NCBI GenBank assembly: GCA_001804415.1
Contig: MHGA01000031.1
Location: 10,788-74,787, forward strand
Origin: Candidatus Aquivivens invisus
Lineage (GTDB): Bacteria > Omnitrophota > Gorgyraeia > Aquiviventales > Aquiviventaceae
Direction of reading: 5' to 3'
DNA: 64,000 nt
In this document: positions 56,157-64,000 of the stretch, one piece after another
Numbering within the stretch: position 1 is the first letter of the stretch
Layout: each line of letters begins with the position of its first letter
Made by a program: the position numbers and the translations under genes
The notes under the pieces: model-generated
What the model was told of the DNA's origin: nothing
What the model saw: only the letters and a program-made list of their open reading frames with translations
Databases searched by the model: none

Positions 56157-57457
56157 TGCACCCCTGCCAACAAGCCTTGCAATGTCCCGCTCTGATCCTG
56201 TGAGGTCGGGCCGATGAGCGCGAGGAACAACCGGCGAGCCTCAAAGACCACGCGCGCCGCTTGCCGGATCTCGCGGGCGGACACCCGTTCGATCGCCGCA
56301 ATCAGTTCCCTCGGTTGGCCCACCCGGCCCACCGCGACCACCTGTTCCCCCATCCACAGCATATGTTCCATCGTCTCCTCAAGCGCCATCAGGAGCTGGC
56401 CGCAGTAGAATTCCTTGGCCCGCTTCAATTCACCCGCGCCAACCGGCTTGCGTCGGACGCGATTGAGCTCCCTCGTGATGATCTCGACCGTCGTCACCAG
56501 CTTACCCGGATCGCAGCCGGCTGAGATCACAAAGGCCCCGGTGTCGCGGTACCGCTTGATCTGCGTGCCGATCTCGTACACCAGCCCCCGCTTTTCGCGG
56601 ACCTCGCGGAACAACCTCGAGGACATGTTGGCCCCCAGCACCACGTGCAGGAGCTCGATGGCGAACCGCAACGGGTGCGTGCGGCCAATGGCGGGCCCTC
56701 CCAGGCACAGGTGGGTCTGCTCGGTAGTTTTGCGCACGAAGCGCAGTTGCGGCCCGCGACGCACGCGGGGGGCCCGGAGAAACGGCCTGAGGGATCCTCG
56801 GCGAGCCGGCCCGAACGCCGCGCGAAGCCAACCCTCGACCTCACCGGATTCAAAGGCGCCGGCGCATGCGACGAGACAATTGCGATGGTGATAGCGCTGC
56901 CGCCAATACGTCACAAGGTCCGGCCGCCGAATCCCTCGAACCGTCTCGATGGTTCCCGACAGGACGCTGCCCAGCGGATGATTCGGCCAGAGCAGCTGAT
57001 TAAACACATCGTGGATGTATTGCCCGGGGGCGTCCTCATACATGCGGATCTCTTCCAGGATGACCTCGCGTTCTCTCTCGACATCTTCAGCGGCCAGGGA
57101 GGGACGCAGCACCATATCCGCGAGAATCTCAATCGCCCGCCGCGCATACCGCGCGGGGACTTTGGCCATATAGCAGGTGAATTCCTCCGCGGTAAATCCG
57201 TTGAGGCTGCCGCCGACCCCTTCAATCGCCTGGGTGAGCTGCTCGCAGCTGCGCCGGCGGGTCCCTTTGAAGACCAGATGCTCCAGGAAATGGGAGATGC
57301 CCGAGAGCCTCAACGGCTCGTAGCGTCCGCCGGCTCCGACCCACACGCCGACCGCCACGGACTCGACATGCTCTACCGGCCGCAGGACGGCGGCGAGCCC
57401 GTTGGAGAGCGTCGTCAGGCGGTAGGGGTTCTTCTTACGTGGTGCGCGCGTGGGCAT
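56153..57457 (-). CDS. M16-family zinc peptidase (pitrilysin/insulinase-like)
   Basis: Inverted zinc motif HFLEHLVFKGT (HxxEH) plus a downstream E. Start at MPTRAP. Confidence 0.8.
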   Translation of the reverse strand: MPTRAPRKKNPYRLTTLSNGLAAVLRPVEHVESVAVGVWVGAGGRYEPLRLSGISHFLEHLVFKGTRRRSCEQLTQAIEGVGGSLNGFTAEEFTCYMAKVPARYARRAIEILADMVLRPSLAAEDVEREREVILEEIRMYEDAPGQYIHDVFNQLLWPNHPLGSVLSGTIETVRGIRRPDLVTYWRQRYHHRNCLVACAGAFESGEVEGWLRAAFGPARRGSLRPFLRAPRVRRGPQLRFVRKTTEQTHLCLGGPAIGRTHPLRFAIELLHVVLGANMSSRLFREVREKRGLVYEIGTQIKRYRDTGAFVISAGCDPGKLVTTVEIITRELNRVRRKPVGAGELKRAKEFYCGQLLMALEETMEHMLWMGEQVVAVGRVGQPRELIAAIERVSAREIRQAARVVFEARRLFLALIGPTSQDQSGTLQGLLAGVH

Positions 57458-57857
57458 CGAGATACGTTTGGAGGATGAGTTGGGCGGCCACCTGATCGAT
57501 GAGCCGTTTGTGAGTCCGAGGCGAAGCGCCTGTGCTGCGCAACGCCCGGTGCCCTTCAACGGTGGTGAGGCGCTCATCGACTACCTCGACGGGACAGGCG
57601 AGCCGCTGGCGCAAGCCGTTCACGAACTCCTCGACGGATTTGGTCTGTTCGCTCCTCGTCCCTTTGAGGGTCAGCGGCAGGCCCACGACGACCACGCCCA
57701 CCTCGTGCGTTGACACGAGCGAGGCGATGGCGTGAAAATCGCGCGCGGGATCATGCCGCTCAATGACCGTGAGGCGCTGGGCGCTGATCCCAAGCGGGTC
57801 GCTTAACGCGGCACCGATCCGCCGCGTGCCCACATCCAGTCCCAGCGCCCGCTGCAT
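57435..57857 (-). CDS. ruvX: Holliday-junction resolvase-like RNase RuvX/YqgF
   Basis: LGLDVGTRRIGAALSD, with ...GLP and catalytic acidic residues. Start at MQRALG. Confidence 0.8.
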   Translation of the reverse strand: MQRALGLDVGTRRIGAALSDPLGISAQRLTVIERHDPARDFHAIASLVSTHEVGVVVVGLPLTLKGTRSEQTKSVEEFVNGLRQRLACPVEVVDERLTTVEGHRALRSTGASPRTHKRLIDQVAAQLILQTYLDAHARTT

Positions 57858-57865
57858 GCCAGCCG

Positions 57866-58693
57866 CTATACCGCCCGGCGCAGCCCGCGGAGGAAGGCGG
57901 CCGCTTCGCGCAGCCATCTCCGACGCTGGTTCCGGAACGGCTCGAGCGCGTTGAGCAACGCGCTGCCGACGATCACGCCATCCGCGACGCGTCCGACCGC
58001 CCGAGCGTGTGCGGGCGTTGAGATGCCGAATCCCACGCACACGGGTTTGGTGGTCAAGAGCTTCAACTCGCGCACGCCGTGCAACCAGTCCGGCGGCAAT
58101 TGCCGGCGAGCTCCGGTCGTGCCGGTCAACGAGACATAGTAGATAAACCCCTCCGAGGCCCGGGCGATCCGGCGCAAGCGATAGGCCGGGCTGGTCGGGG
58201 CGGCGAGGAAAATCGTCGCGATGCCATGACGTCGCCCAAGATCGTGGAGTCCGTCCGCTTCGTCTGGAGGCAGATCAGGCACGATGAGCCCGCTGACACC
58301 GCATCGCGCGGCGTCGCGAAGGAACGGCGCAGGATCGCAGGCCGCCCGGCGCGATCCGTAGTGCACCACCGGATTCCAGTAGGAGAGCAGGATGAGCGGA
58401 ACCGCCACGCGCCGCTTGATGCGTGCGATCATCTTGAGCACGGCGGCCGGGGTCACCCCTGTGCCGAGCGCCCGGCTGGAGGCGCGCTGGATCGTCGGGC
58501 CATCCGCCAAGGGATCGGAGAACGGAATACCCACCTCAACGCAATCCGCCCCTACCCCCGCAAGTGCTTGGATCAGCTGCGCGGTCGCCGGCAGGCTGGG
58601 GTCCCCCGCCATGACAAAAGGGATTAACGCTTTGCGGTGCGTCTGCCGCAAGCGGGCAAACACTTCACGAATCTTAAGAGTGCCTAACATCAT
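57866..58693 (-). CDS. trpA: Tryptophan synthase alpha chain
   Basis: LIPF..AGDP, G.D..E.G.PFSDP.ADGP.IQ.A is the TrpA signature. Confidence 0.9.
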   Translation of the reverse strand: MMLGTLKIREVFARLRQTHRKALIPFVMAGDPSLPATAQLIQALAGVGADCVEVGIPFSDPLADGPTIQRASSRALGTGVTPAAVLKMIARIKRRVAVPLILLSYWNPVVHYGSRRAACDPAPFLRDAARCGVSGLIVPDLPPDEADGLHDLGRRHGIATIFLAAPTSPAYRLRRIARASEGFIYYVSLTGTTGARRQLPPDWLHGVRELKLLTTKPVCVGFGISTPAHARAVGRVADGVIVGSALLNALEPFRNQRRRWLREAAAFLRGLRRAV

Positions 58694-58715
58694 GATCGCA
58701 TGGTGTTAGGCACTC
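58675..58715 (-). promoter_or_regulatory. Perfect 13-bp inverted repeat (AGAGTGCCTAACA / TGTTAGGCACTCT, 14-nt loop) spanning the trpB stop-trpA start junction
   Basis: Read directly. The 3' arm comprises the first codons of trpA (ATGATGTTAGGCACTCT), so the hairpin would occlude the trpA initiation region. Confidence 0.5.
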
Positions 58716-59938
58716 TAGACATCGGGAAGAGCGCGAGCGATGGTTTCCACGTCCTTATCTCCACGGCCTGAGAGGCCGAGGACCACGAGGCTGTGCTTGG
58801 GCAACCGATTCGCGAGCTGTTTCAGGTATCCAATCGCGTGAGCCGGCTCAAGCGCCGGGATAATCCCTTCGGTTCTCGCAAGCAGCCGGCAGCCTTCCAG
58901 CGCGAGACGATCGGACACCGCGGCATACCGCGCGCGACCCAGCTGGCGGTAGAACGCGTGCTCCGGCCCCACCCCGGGATAATCGAGTCCCGCGGCGATC
59001 GAGCGGGTCTCAAGAATCTGCCCATGACGATCTTGCAGCACCAGGCTGCGCGCGCCGTGGAGCACGCCTGGGGTTCCCTTCACCAACGTCGCGGCATGCT
59101 CGCCCGGACGCAGCCCTGTGCCACCGGCCTCGACGCCGATCATCCGCACCCCCCGATCCTTGACAAAGGGATGGAACAGGCCCATGGCATTTGATCCGCC
59201 GCCCACGCACGCGATCAGGGCATCCGGCAGCCGGCCTTCAGCCTGGAGGATCTGCCGGCGCGCTTCCTTGCCGATCACGGATTGGAATTCGCGCACCATC
59301 AGCGGATAGGGGTGAGGCCCGACGACGGAGCCCAGACAGTAATACGTCGTGCGCACATTGGTCACCCAGTCCCGCAGCGCTTCGTTGCAGGCGTCCTTCA
59401 AGGTCTTGGTGCCGCTTGTGACCGGGATGACCCTGGCGCCGAGCAGCTGCATCCGAAACACATTCAGCGCCTGCCGCTTCGTATCCTTCTCCCCCATGAA
59501 AACGTCGCACTGGAGTCCGAAATGCGCCGCCACCGTCGCCGTCGCCACCCCGTGCTGGCCGGCGCCCGTTTCGGCGATGAGGCGGCGCTTGCCCATCCGC
59601 ACGGCAAGCAGCGCCTGGCCGAGCGTGTTGTTGATCTTGTGGGCGCCCGTGTGCAGCAGATCTTCCCGTTTCAGGTAGATGCGCAGGCCGCCCAGAGCCC
59701 GGCTCAGGCGTGTGGCGCCATACAGCGGGGTCGGCCGGCCCGCGTAGTGTCGGAGGTAGGCGTTGAGCGTGTCATGAAAGGCGGGGTCCCGCCGAGCCTT
59801 GTGGAAGGCGGTCTCGAGCTCATCCAGCGCCGCCATCAAGGTCTCCGGCACAAATTTTCCCCCGAAGGGACCGAAATGACCCCCGCGATCCGGCCCGGTG
59901 AATCGGCCGGAACCCCGACGATGTGAACGCATTGGCAT
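58715..59938 (-). CDS. trpB: Tryptophan synthase beta chain
   Basis: FG.FGG.FVPETL, PLP Lys region [15 protein letters not shown]. Start probably MPMRSH (59938); the ORF extends to 59992. Confidence 0.9.
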   Translation of the reverse strand: MPMRSHRRGSGRFTGPDRGGHFGPFGGKFVPETLMAALDELETAFHKARRDPAFHDTLNAYLRHYAGRPTPLYGATRLSRALGGLRIYLKREDLLHTGAHKINNTLGQALLAVRMGKRRLIAETGAGQHGVATATVAAHFGLQCDVFMGEKDTKRQALNVFRMQLLGARVIPVTSGTKTLKDACNEALRDWVTNVRTTYYCLGSVVGPHPYPLMVREFQSVIGKEARRQILQAEGRLPDALIACVGGGSNAMGLFHPFVKDRGVRMIGVEAGGTGLRPGEHAATLVKGTPGVLHGARSLVLQDRHGQILETRSIAAGLDYPGVGPEHAFYRQLGRARYAAVSDRLALEGCRLLARTEGIIPALEPAHAIGYLKQLANRLPKHSLVVLGLSGRGDKDVETIARALPDV

Positions 59939-59988
59939 AGAACTTTCTATCCTAGCGGAAAGATCACGGTTGGTCAAACCGCGAGGGA

Positions 59989-60987
59989 TCAAGAGGAGAA
60001 CAAGGTGACGGGATGGCCGGAGCGGCTCCGGAGGGCGGCTCGATAAATGGCATACCCCAAGGCCACGTCATGGACCGCCAGCCCCGTGGAGTCAAACACC
60101 GTGATCTGGTCTGCCCGCGTGCGACCGGCGGCGCGGCCCAGGAGCACCTCGCCCAGCGTGGCGTGGATCGCCCGGCGAGTCAACTGGCCTTTCCGCAAGG
60201 GTACGTTGATCTCGCCGCCATGCATGGCTTGAACCGGCTCATCCACGATAAGGACCGCCTCCCGAAGAATCTGCGGATCCAGCTCTTGCTTGCCGGGCGC
60301 GTCGGCTCCGATCGCGTTGAGATGCGTCCCGGGCCTGATCCACTCGCGTCTGACCAGCGGCCGGCGGGAGGGCGTGAGCGTGATCACCACATCCGCGTCC
60401 TTCACGCACGCGTTCACCGTCCCGACGGGAATCAACGTGACGCCAAGACGTCGACCAGCCGATCGACAGAATCGTGCCGCCTCCCCGCGACGATAGCCCC
60501 ACACGGCGATGCGATCCACCCGGCGGACCTGCAGCAAACCCTCCAACTGGGACAAGGCCTGCGCCCCGCAGCCGACCAGGCCGACCCGAGCCATGCGGGA
60601 TCGCGCGAGCGCAGCAATGGCGACGGCCGCGGCCGCGCCGGTGCGCAGGCGCGTCACGCTGAGACCGTCCATGACCGCCAGCGGGAATCCGGTTGCCGGG
60701 TCATTGAGGATGACGGTCCCCATCACCGTCGGCAGACCCTTGCGCTGATTCTGCGGGTGGACGTTCACCCACTTGATCCCGCACACCGCGGGACGGCGCA
60801 GCGCGGAGGGCATCGCGCGAAAGTCGCCGTATCCCGGGAGATCAAGGTAGACTTTAGGCGGCATCGAGGTCTCTCCGCGAGCCTGGGCAATGAATGCCTC
60901 GCGGATGACCCGGATCGCCGTCTGCATGTCGATGAGCCGGTCAATCTCGGATTGGGTGAGGATGAGGGTTGAGCGCGGCCTGGTCAT
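59989..60987 (-). CDS. Ornithine cyclodeaminase/mu-crystallin family protein
   Basis: Rossmann GCGAQA; OCD/mu-crystallin-family conservation; 332 aa. Confidence 0.8.
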   Translation of the reverse strand: MTRPRSTLILTQSEIDRLIDMQTAIRVIREAFIAQARGETSMPPKVYLDLPGYGDFRAMPSALRRPAVCGIKWVNVHPQNQRKGLPTVMGTVILNDPATGFPLAVMDGLSVTRLRTGAAAAVAIAALARSRMARVGLVGCGAQALSQLEGLLQVRRVDRIAVWGYRRGEAARFCRSAGRRLGVTLIPVGTVNACVKDADVVITLTPSRRPLVRREWIRPGTHLNAIGADAPGKQELDPQILREAVLIVDEPVQAMHGGEINVPLRKGQLTRRAIHATLGEVLLGRAAGRTRADQITVFDSTGLAVHDVALGYAIYRAALRSRSGHPVTLFSS

Positions 60988-61712
60988 GGCCGGAACTGAT
61001 TCGCCAGACGGCGAAAACGGCTTTCATAGAGCAGATGGGACACCGACTGCTTCTCCGGGAAATGCTGCGCAATCAACTCGCGAAGCTTGGCCTGCTGGAT
61101 GTCCAGATCGATGGCCGGCGTGTCGCCTTCCACGATCATCTGACAGATCCGGTCGGCCTGGCGCTGGATGGCCTGCGCGTGCTCATTGTCATCGCAGAGC
61201 GTGGCCAGCCGGATCTGAAGCTCGTGATAGATGGATGTCCAATTACCGCTGGAGAGCGGGATCAGCTCCAGATCCCGCCGTCGCTTTAACGCGTTCAGGA
61301 ACGGCAGACGCTGGACGCCGGCGGTCGCCACGATGCGGGGACCCCGATCCAGAGCCTCCTCCACCGCGTGCTGGAACGCCCGCGAGCACAGCTCCATCCG
61401 CCCGATCTCATCGAGAAACAAGACCAAGGCCTGACGCCGAGCCCGCCGGATAATCCCCACCGCCACCTCATCGAGCACCTTGACATTGACGTGATACGGC
61501 CCGACCCGGCAGCGGCTGTCCAGCTCGCGATGCGCCAGCAAGACCTGACGGCCATCCAAGCTGCTGAGCCAAAACCCAAGCCGACGCCCCTCCTCACGGA
61601 GCTCTTCCGTGAAGAATCCATCGATCCGGCGCCCCTGAAGCGGCTCGATTAATCGCTTGATCAAGGTGGTTTTCCCCACGGCTGGGCGCCCGACGATCAG
61701 CAGGTGTTTCAT
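60984..61712 (-). CDS. THEP1-like nucleoside-triphosphatase with ~70-aa C-terminal helical extension
   Basis: Walker A GRPAVGKTTL; LDEIGRMEL matches IDEIGKMEL of Aquifex THEP1; extra C-terminal segment. Confidence 0.7.
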   Translation of the reverse strand: MKHLLIVGRPAVGKTTLIKRLIEPLQGRRIDGFFTEELREEGRRLGFWLSSLDGRQVLLAHRELDSRCRVGPYHVNVKVLDEVAVGIIRRARRQALVLFLDEIGRMELCSRAFQHAVEEALDRGPRIVATAGVQRLPFLNALKRRRDLELIPLSSGNWTSIYHELQIRLATLCDDNEHAQAIQRQADRICQMIVEGDTPAIDLDIQQAKLRELIAQHFPEKQSVSHLLYESRFRRLANQFRP

Positions 61713-61744
61713 GTGGCGGGGCAGCTGCCAATCGGGGTGTGTGT

Positions 61745-62476
61745 TTAGCCGATCACCCCGCGCGCCTTGAGGCTGACGGTCCCGCGCGAGGCGACAATCA
61801 GGTGGTCCAGCACCTCGATGCCGAGCAGCCGTCCGGCCTGGGCGAGTCGTTTCGTCAACACCAGGTCATGCGCGGACGGTTCAGGGTCACCGGACGGATG
61901 GTTGTGGGCGATGATGACCGCCGCAGCCGACGCCGCAATCGCTTCCTTGAAGAGCTCCCGCGGGTGCACGAGGCTCGCCGAGAGGCTCCCCACGGCAATG
62001 GACTCAAGCCGAATCAGCTGATGTCGCGAGTCAAGCAGCAAGGCGACGAAATGCTCTTTTTTCTTATCCACAAGCGCCGGTCGCAGAATCGCCTCAGCGG
62101 CCTCAGCCGTCTCGACCGCTTGGGGGCGGGTCTGCGGGACCTTCCAGGCCCGCCGGGCCAGCTCCACGGAGGCTTTGAGCTGCACTGCCTTCGCACTCCC
62201 GATCCCCCGCACGGTTCTGAGCTGCTCAATCGAGGCCTCGGCAATCCCCCGCACCGACCCGAACTCGCGCAGGAGGCGCTGTGCGGTGATGAGGACCGAC
62301 TCCCCCGCAATACCTCGACCCAAGATGCAGCACAGCAGTTCTTGTTCTGAAAGCCCTTCCGGTCCGAGCGCGATGAGCCGTTCCCGAGGGCGCTCAGCGG
62401 CAGGAAGGTCTCGAACCGTCAGCCCCGGCCCGTTTGTTCGACGGTGAGAGGTGGTGAATGGCATCGCGTGTGGCAT
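61745..62476 (-). CDS. radC: RadC-like JAB/MPN domain protein (UPF0758)
   Basis: N-terminal HhH motif and C-terminal JAMM motif HNHPSG.P.PS..D....RL. Confidence 0.85.
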   Translation of the reverse strand: MPHAMPFTTSHRRTNGPGLTVRDLPAAERPRERLIALGPEGLSEQELLCCILGRGIAGESVLITAQRLLREFGSVRGIAEASIEQLRTVRGIGSAKAVQLKASVELARRAWKVPQTRPQAVETAEAAEAILRPALVDKKKEHFVALLLDSRHQLIRLESIAVGSLSASLVHPRELFKEAIAASAAAVIIAHNHPSGDPEPSAHDLVLTKRLAQAGRLLGIEVLDHLIVASRGTVSLKARGVIG

Positions 62477-62485
62477 GGTACACCA

Positions 62486-63133
62486 TTACCGGGATCGTGT
62501 CACCCCGAGCTTGGGACAGAAGGCATCCAAAGGACAGCGGCTGCACCAGGGCGACGTGGGATGGCAGAGGTTCTGCCCAAAGGTGACCAGGAGATCGTTG
62601 AAGACGATCCAATGCCGCTTGGGGAGCTGCTTGCGGAGGGCCATTTCCGTCTGCTCCGGCGTCCTGGTTCTCACATACCCCCAGCGGTTCGTGATGCGAT
62701 GCACATGGGTATCCACGCAGATCCCGGGCTGCCGGTAGGCCAGCGTTACCACCAGGTTCGCCGTTTTGCGCCCGACGCCTTTGATGGTCAAGAGCTCATC
62801 CAGGGCGTGTGGCACACGGCCGCCGTACCGATCAAGGAGGGTGCGGCAGACCGCCTGGATCGTGCGAGCTTTGGTGTGATAGAACCCGACGGGATAAATC
62901 GCCCGTTCGATCGTCGGAATCGGGAGCTCGAGCATCGCCCGCGGGCTGCGGGCTAAGGCAAACAACCGCCGGGAGGCGGCGTGCGTCGTCTCGTCTTTGG
63001 TGCGCAGGCTCAGCAGGCAACTGATCAGCGTGGCGAACGGATCGTCGCGATAGTGGCCAACCACCGGCTCCTTCCACTGGCGAACGAGCCGCTTCAGGAT
63101 CCTGACGACCCGATCGATGCGCTGATTCGTCAC
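62486..63133 (-). CDS. nth: Endonuclease III
   Basis: HhH-GPD LLSLRTKDE (catalytic Lys region) ...GVGRKTANLV...D, and canonical [4Fe-4S] loop C-x6-C-x2-C-x5-C (CHPTSPWCSRCPLDAFC). Confidence 0.9.
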   Translation of the reverse strand: MTNQRIDRVVRILKRLVRQWKEPVVGHYRDDPFATLISCLLSLRTKDETTHAASRRLFALARSPRAMLELPIPTIERAIYPVGFYHTKARTIQAVCRTLLDRYGGRVPHALDELLTIKGVGRKTANLVVTLAYRQPGICVDTHVHRITNRWGYVRTRTPEQTEMALRKQLPKRHWIVFNDLLVTFGQNLCHPTSPWCSRCPLDAFCPKLGVTRSR

Positions 63134-63918
63134 CAGATCCCCTGGAACAGCTCCCGGACCTTCGCCTGCACGTCCGGAGCCGTCATCAGGGCTTCGCCGA
63201 TCAAGACCGCCTGCACCCCCAGCTCAGCCAGACGCTTCACATCGGCAGCCGACTGCACCCCGCTTTCGGCGATGACCACGACGCCCTTGGGTATCTTCGG
63301 CGCGAGGCGCTCGATCGTCTCCGGATGCATCGAGAAATCCCGCAGATCGCGGCTGTTGATCCCGATCAGCGTCGCCCCGGCGCGCAGCGCGCGATCCAGC
63401 TCGGGTTCGGCGTGGATCTCCACGAGCGCCGCTAAACCTAGGCGCGAGGAAAGCGCCAGGAGCTCCTTGAGCTGTGGCTCCGTCAGCAGCTGGACGATCA
63501 GGAGCACCGCATCGGCCTGCGCGCTCAGCGCCTCGTAGACCTGGTAGGGTTCCAGCAGGAAATCCTTGCGCAGGATCGGCAGCTCCGTGAAGTCGTGAGC
63601 ATCCCGTACGAACTCGAGGCTGCCGCCGAAAAAATGCTCATCGGTGAGCACGGACAAGGCCGCCGCGCCAGCCTCCTGAAGTTCCTGCGCCAGGCGCGGC
63701 GGATCGAAACGCTCACGCAACATGCCTTTCGAGGGCGACCGGCGCTTCAGTTCCGCGATGAGGGCCGGTCGCTTGCCGACATCCCGCAACGCGGCGACGA
63801 AGTCGCGCTCGGCGCGCCGGCCCTGCACCCGCCGCGTGAGCTCCTCCAGCGGCAGCCGCTGTTTGGACGCGGCGACTTCTTCGCGTTTGTGCGCGAGAAT
63901 CTCATCGAGGATCATCAT
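63130..63918 (-). CDS. trpC: Indole-3-glycerol phosphate synthase
   Basis: MMILDEILAHKREEV, ALIAE.KR.SPSKG, E..A..A..LSVLTD..FF.GS; 262 aa. Confidence 0.9.
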   Translation of the reverse strand: MMILDEILAHKREEVAASKQRLPLEELTRRVQGRRAERDFVAALRDVGKRPALIAELKRRSPSKGMLRERFDPPRLAQELQEAGAAALSVLTDEHFFGGSLEFVRDAHDFTELPILRKDFLLEPYQVYEALSAQADAVLLIVQLLTEPQLKELLALSSRLGLAALVEIHAEPELDRALRAGATLIGINSRDLRDFSMHPETIERLAPKIPKGVVVIAESGVQSAADVKRLAELGVQAVLIGEALMTAPDVQAKVRELFQGIW

Positions 63919-64000
63919 GACCGGCTGATTTCGACGGCGCGCTCCAGCACCGTTTGGGCTCGGCCGGATTCCAGCGCGTCAACGGCTTTTTGAATGCCCT
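63913..64000 (-). CDS. trpD: C-terminal fragment of a minus-strand gene ending TGA overlapping the trpC ATG; probably anthranilate phosphoribosyltransferase (trpD), 5' end outside window
   Basis: Manual translation of the minus strand: ...GIKKAVDALESGRAQTVLERAVEISRS*. Position upstream of trpC and a TrpD-like C-terminal helix. Too short to be certain. Confidence 0.4.

Overview
This is a high-GC (~60-65%) bacterial chromosomal segment, densely coding and dominated by two long co-directional gene arrays. Most long antisense ORFs in the track are GC-driven artefacts.

Plus-strand half (1-25.6 kb):
- Housekeeping genes: 3' end of guaA, a SAM methyltransferase, dnaE, an IHF/HU-like gene, hisS, an aspS that lacks the GAD insertion domain, a lipoprotein, phoH-ybeY-recO, glyQ-glyS and ppdK.
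- A sigma-70-family sigma factor whose stop codon overlaps a tRNA-Arg(CCT) gene.
- Directly after the tRNA comes an AT-rich promoter region and an accessory-looking block: outer-membrane beta-barrel protein, GH57 glycoside hydrolase, myo-inositol-1-phosphate synthase, CPBP (CAAX-type) intramembrane protease, two tandem paralogous small secreted proteins, another secreted protein and a small Rieske protein.

Minus-strand half (25.7-64 kb):
- Around 27-44 kb lies a lipid-catabolic array of roughly 17 kb (about 26.0-43.4 kb). It comprises a TRASH-like mini-protein, HIT, PilZ and glycerophosphodiester phosphodiesterase, then an unusual fusion protein of a cNMP-binding domain, a degenerate MinD/ParA-like domain and a patatin phospholipase domain, then a complete beta-oxidation set (thiolase, HADH, ECH, 2-hydroxyacid DH, ACAD, acyl-CoA synthetase, lipase) and finally a TPR-HExxH protein, MFS, era, yqeY, ferredoxin, a CsaA-like protein and a hydrolase.
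- Around 47-64 kb are aroB, nnrE, a SPOR protein, plsY, pgsA, a glycine-zipper lipoprotein, lepB, lepA, a phosphohexomutase, rpe, an M16 peptidase, ruvX and a trp cluster (trpD'-trpC ... trpB-trpA) interrupted by nth, radC, a THEP1-like NTPase and an ornithine cyclodeaminase.
- Between the two sits a small divergent locus (PilZ, ExeA/GspA-like ATPase plus GspB-like partner) separated from its neighbours by an AT-rich region with direct repeats and tiny hydrophobic ORFs.

The most notable sequence-level novelty is a family of intergenic elements built from inverted arrays of tandem heptamers:
- CAGACNT arrays flank the methyltransferase gene and contribute the dnaE start codon.
- AGTGACN arrays lie between ppdK and the sigma factor.

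I found no CRISPR array, integrase, transposase or recognisable defence system.
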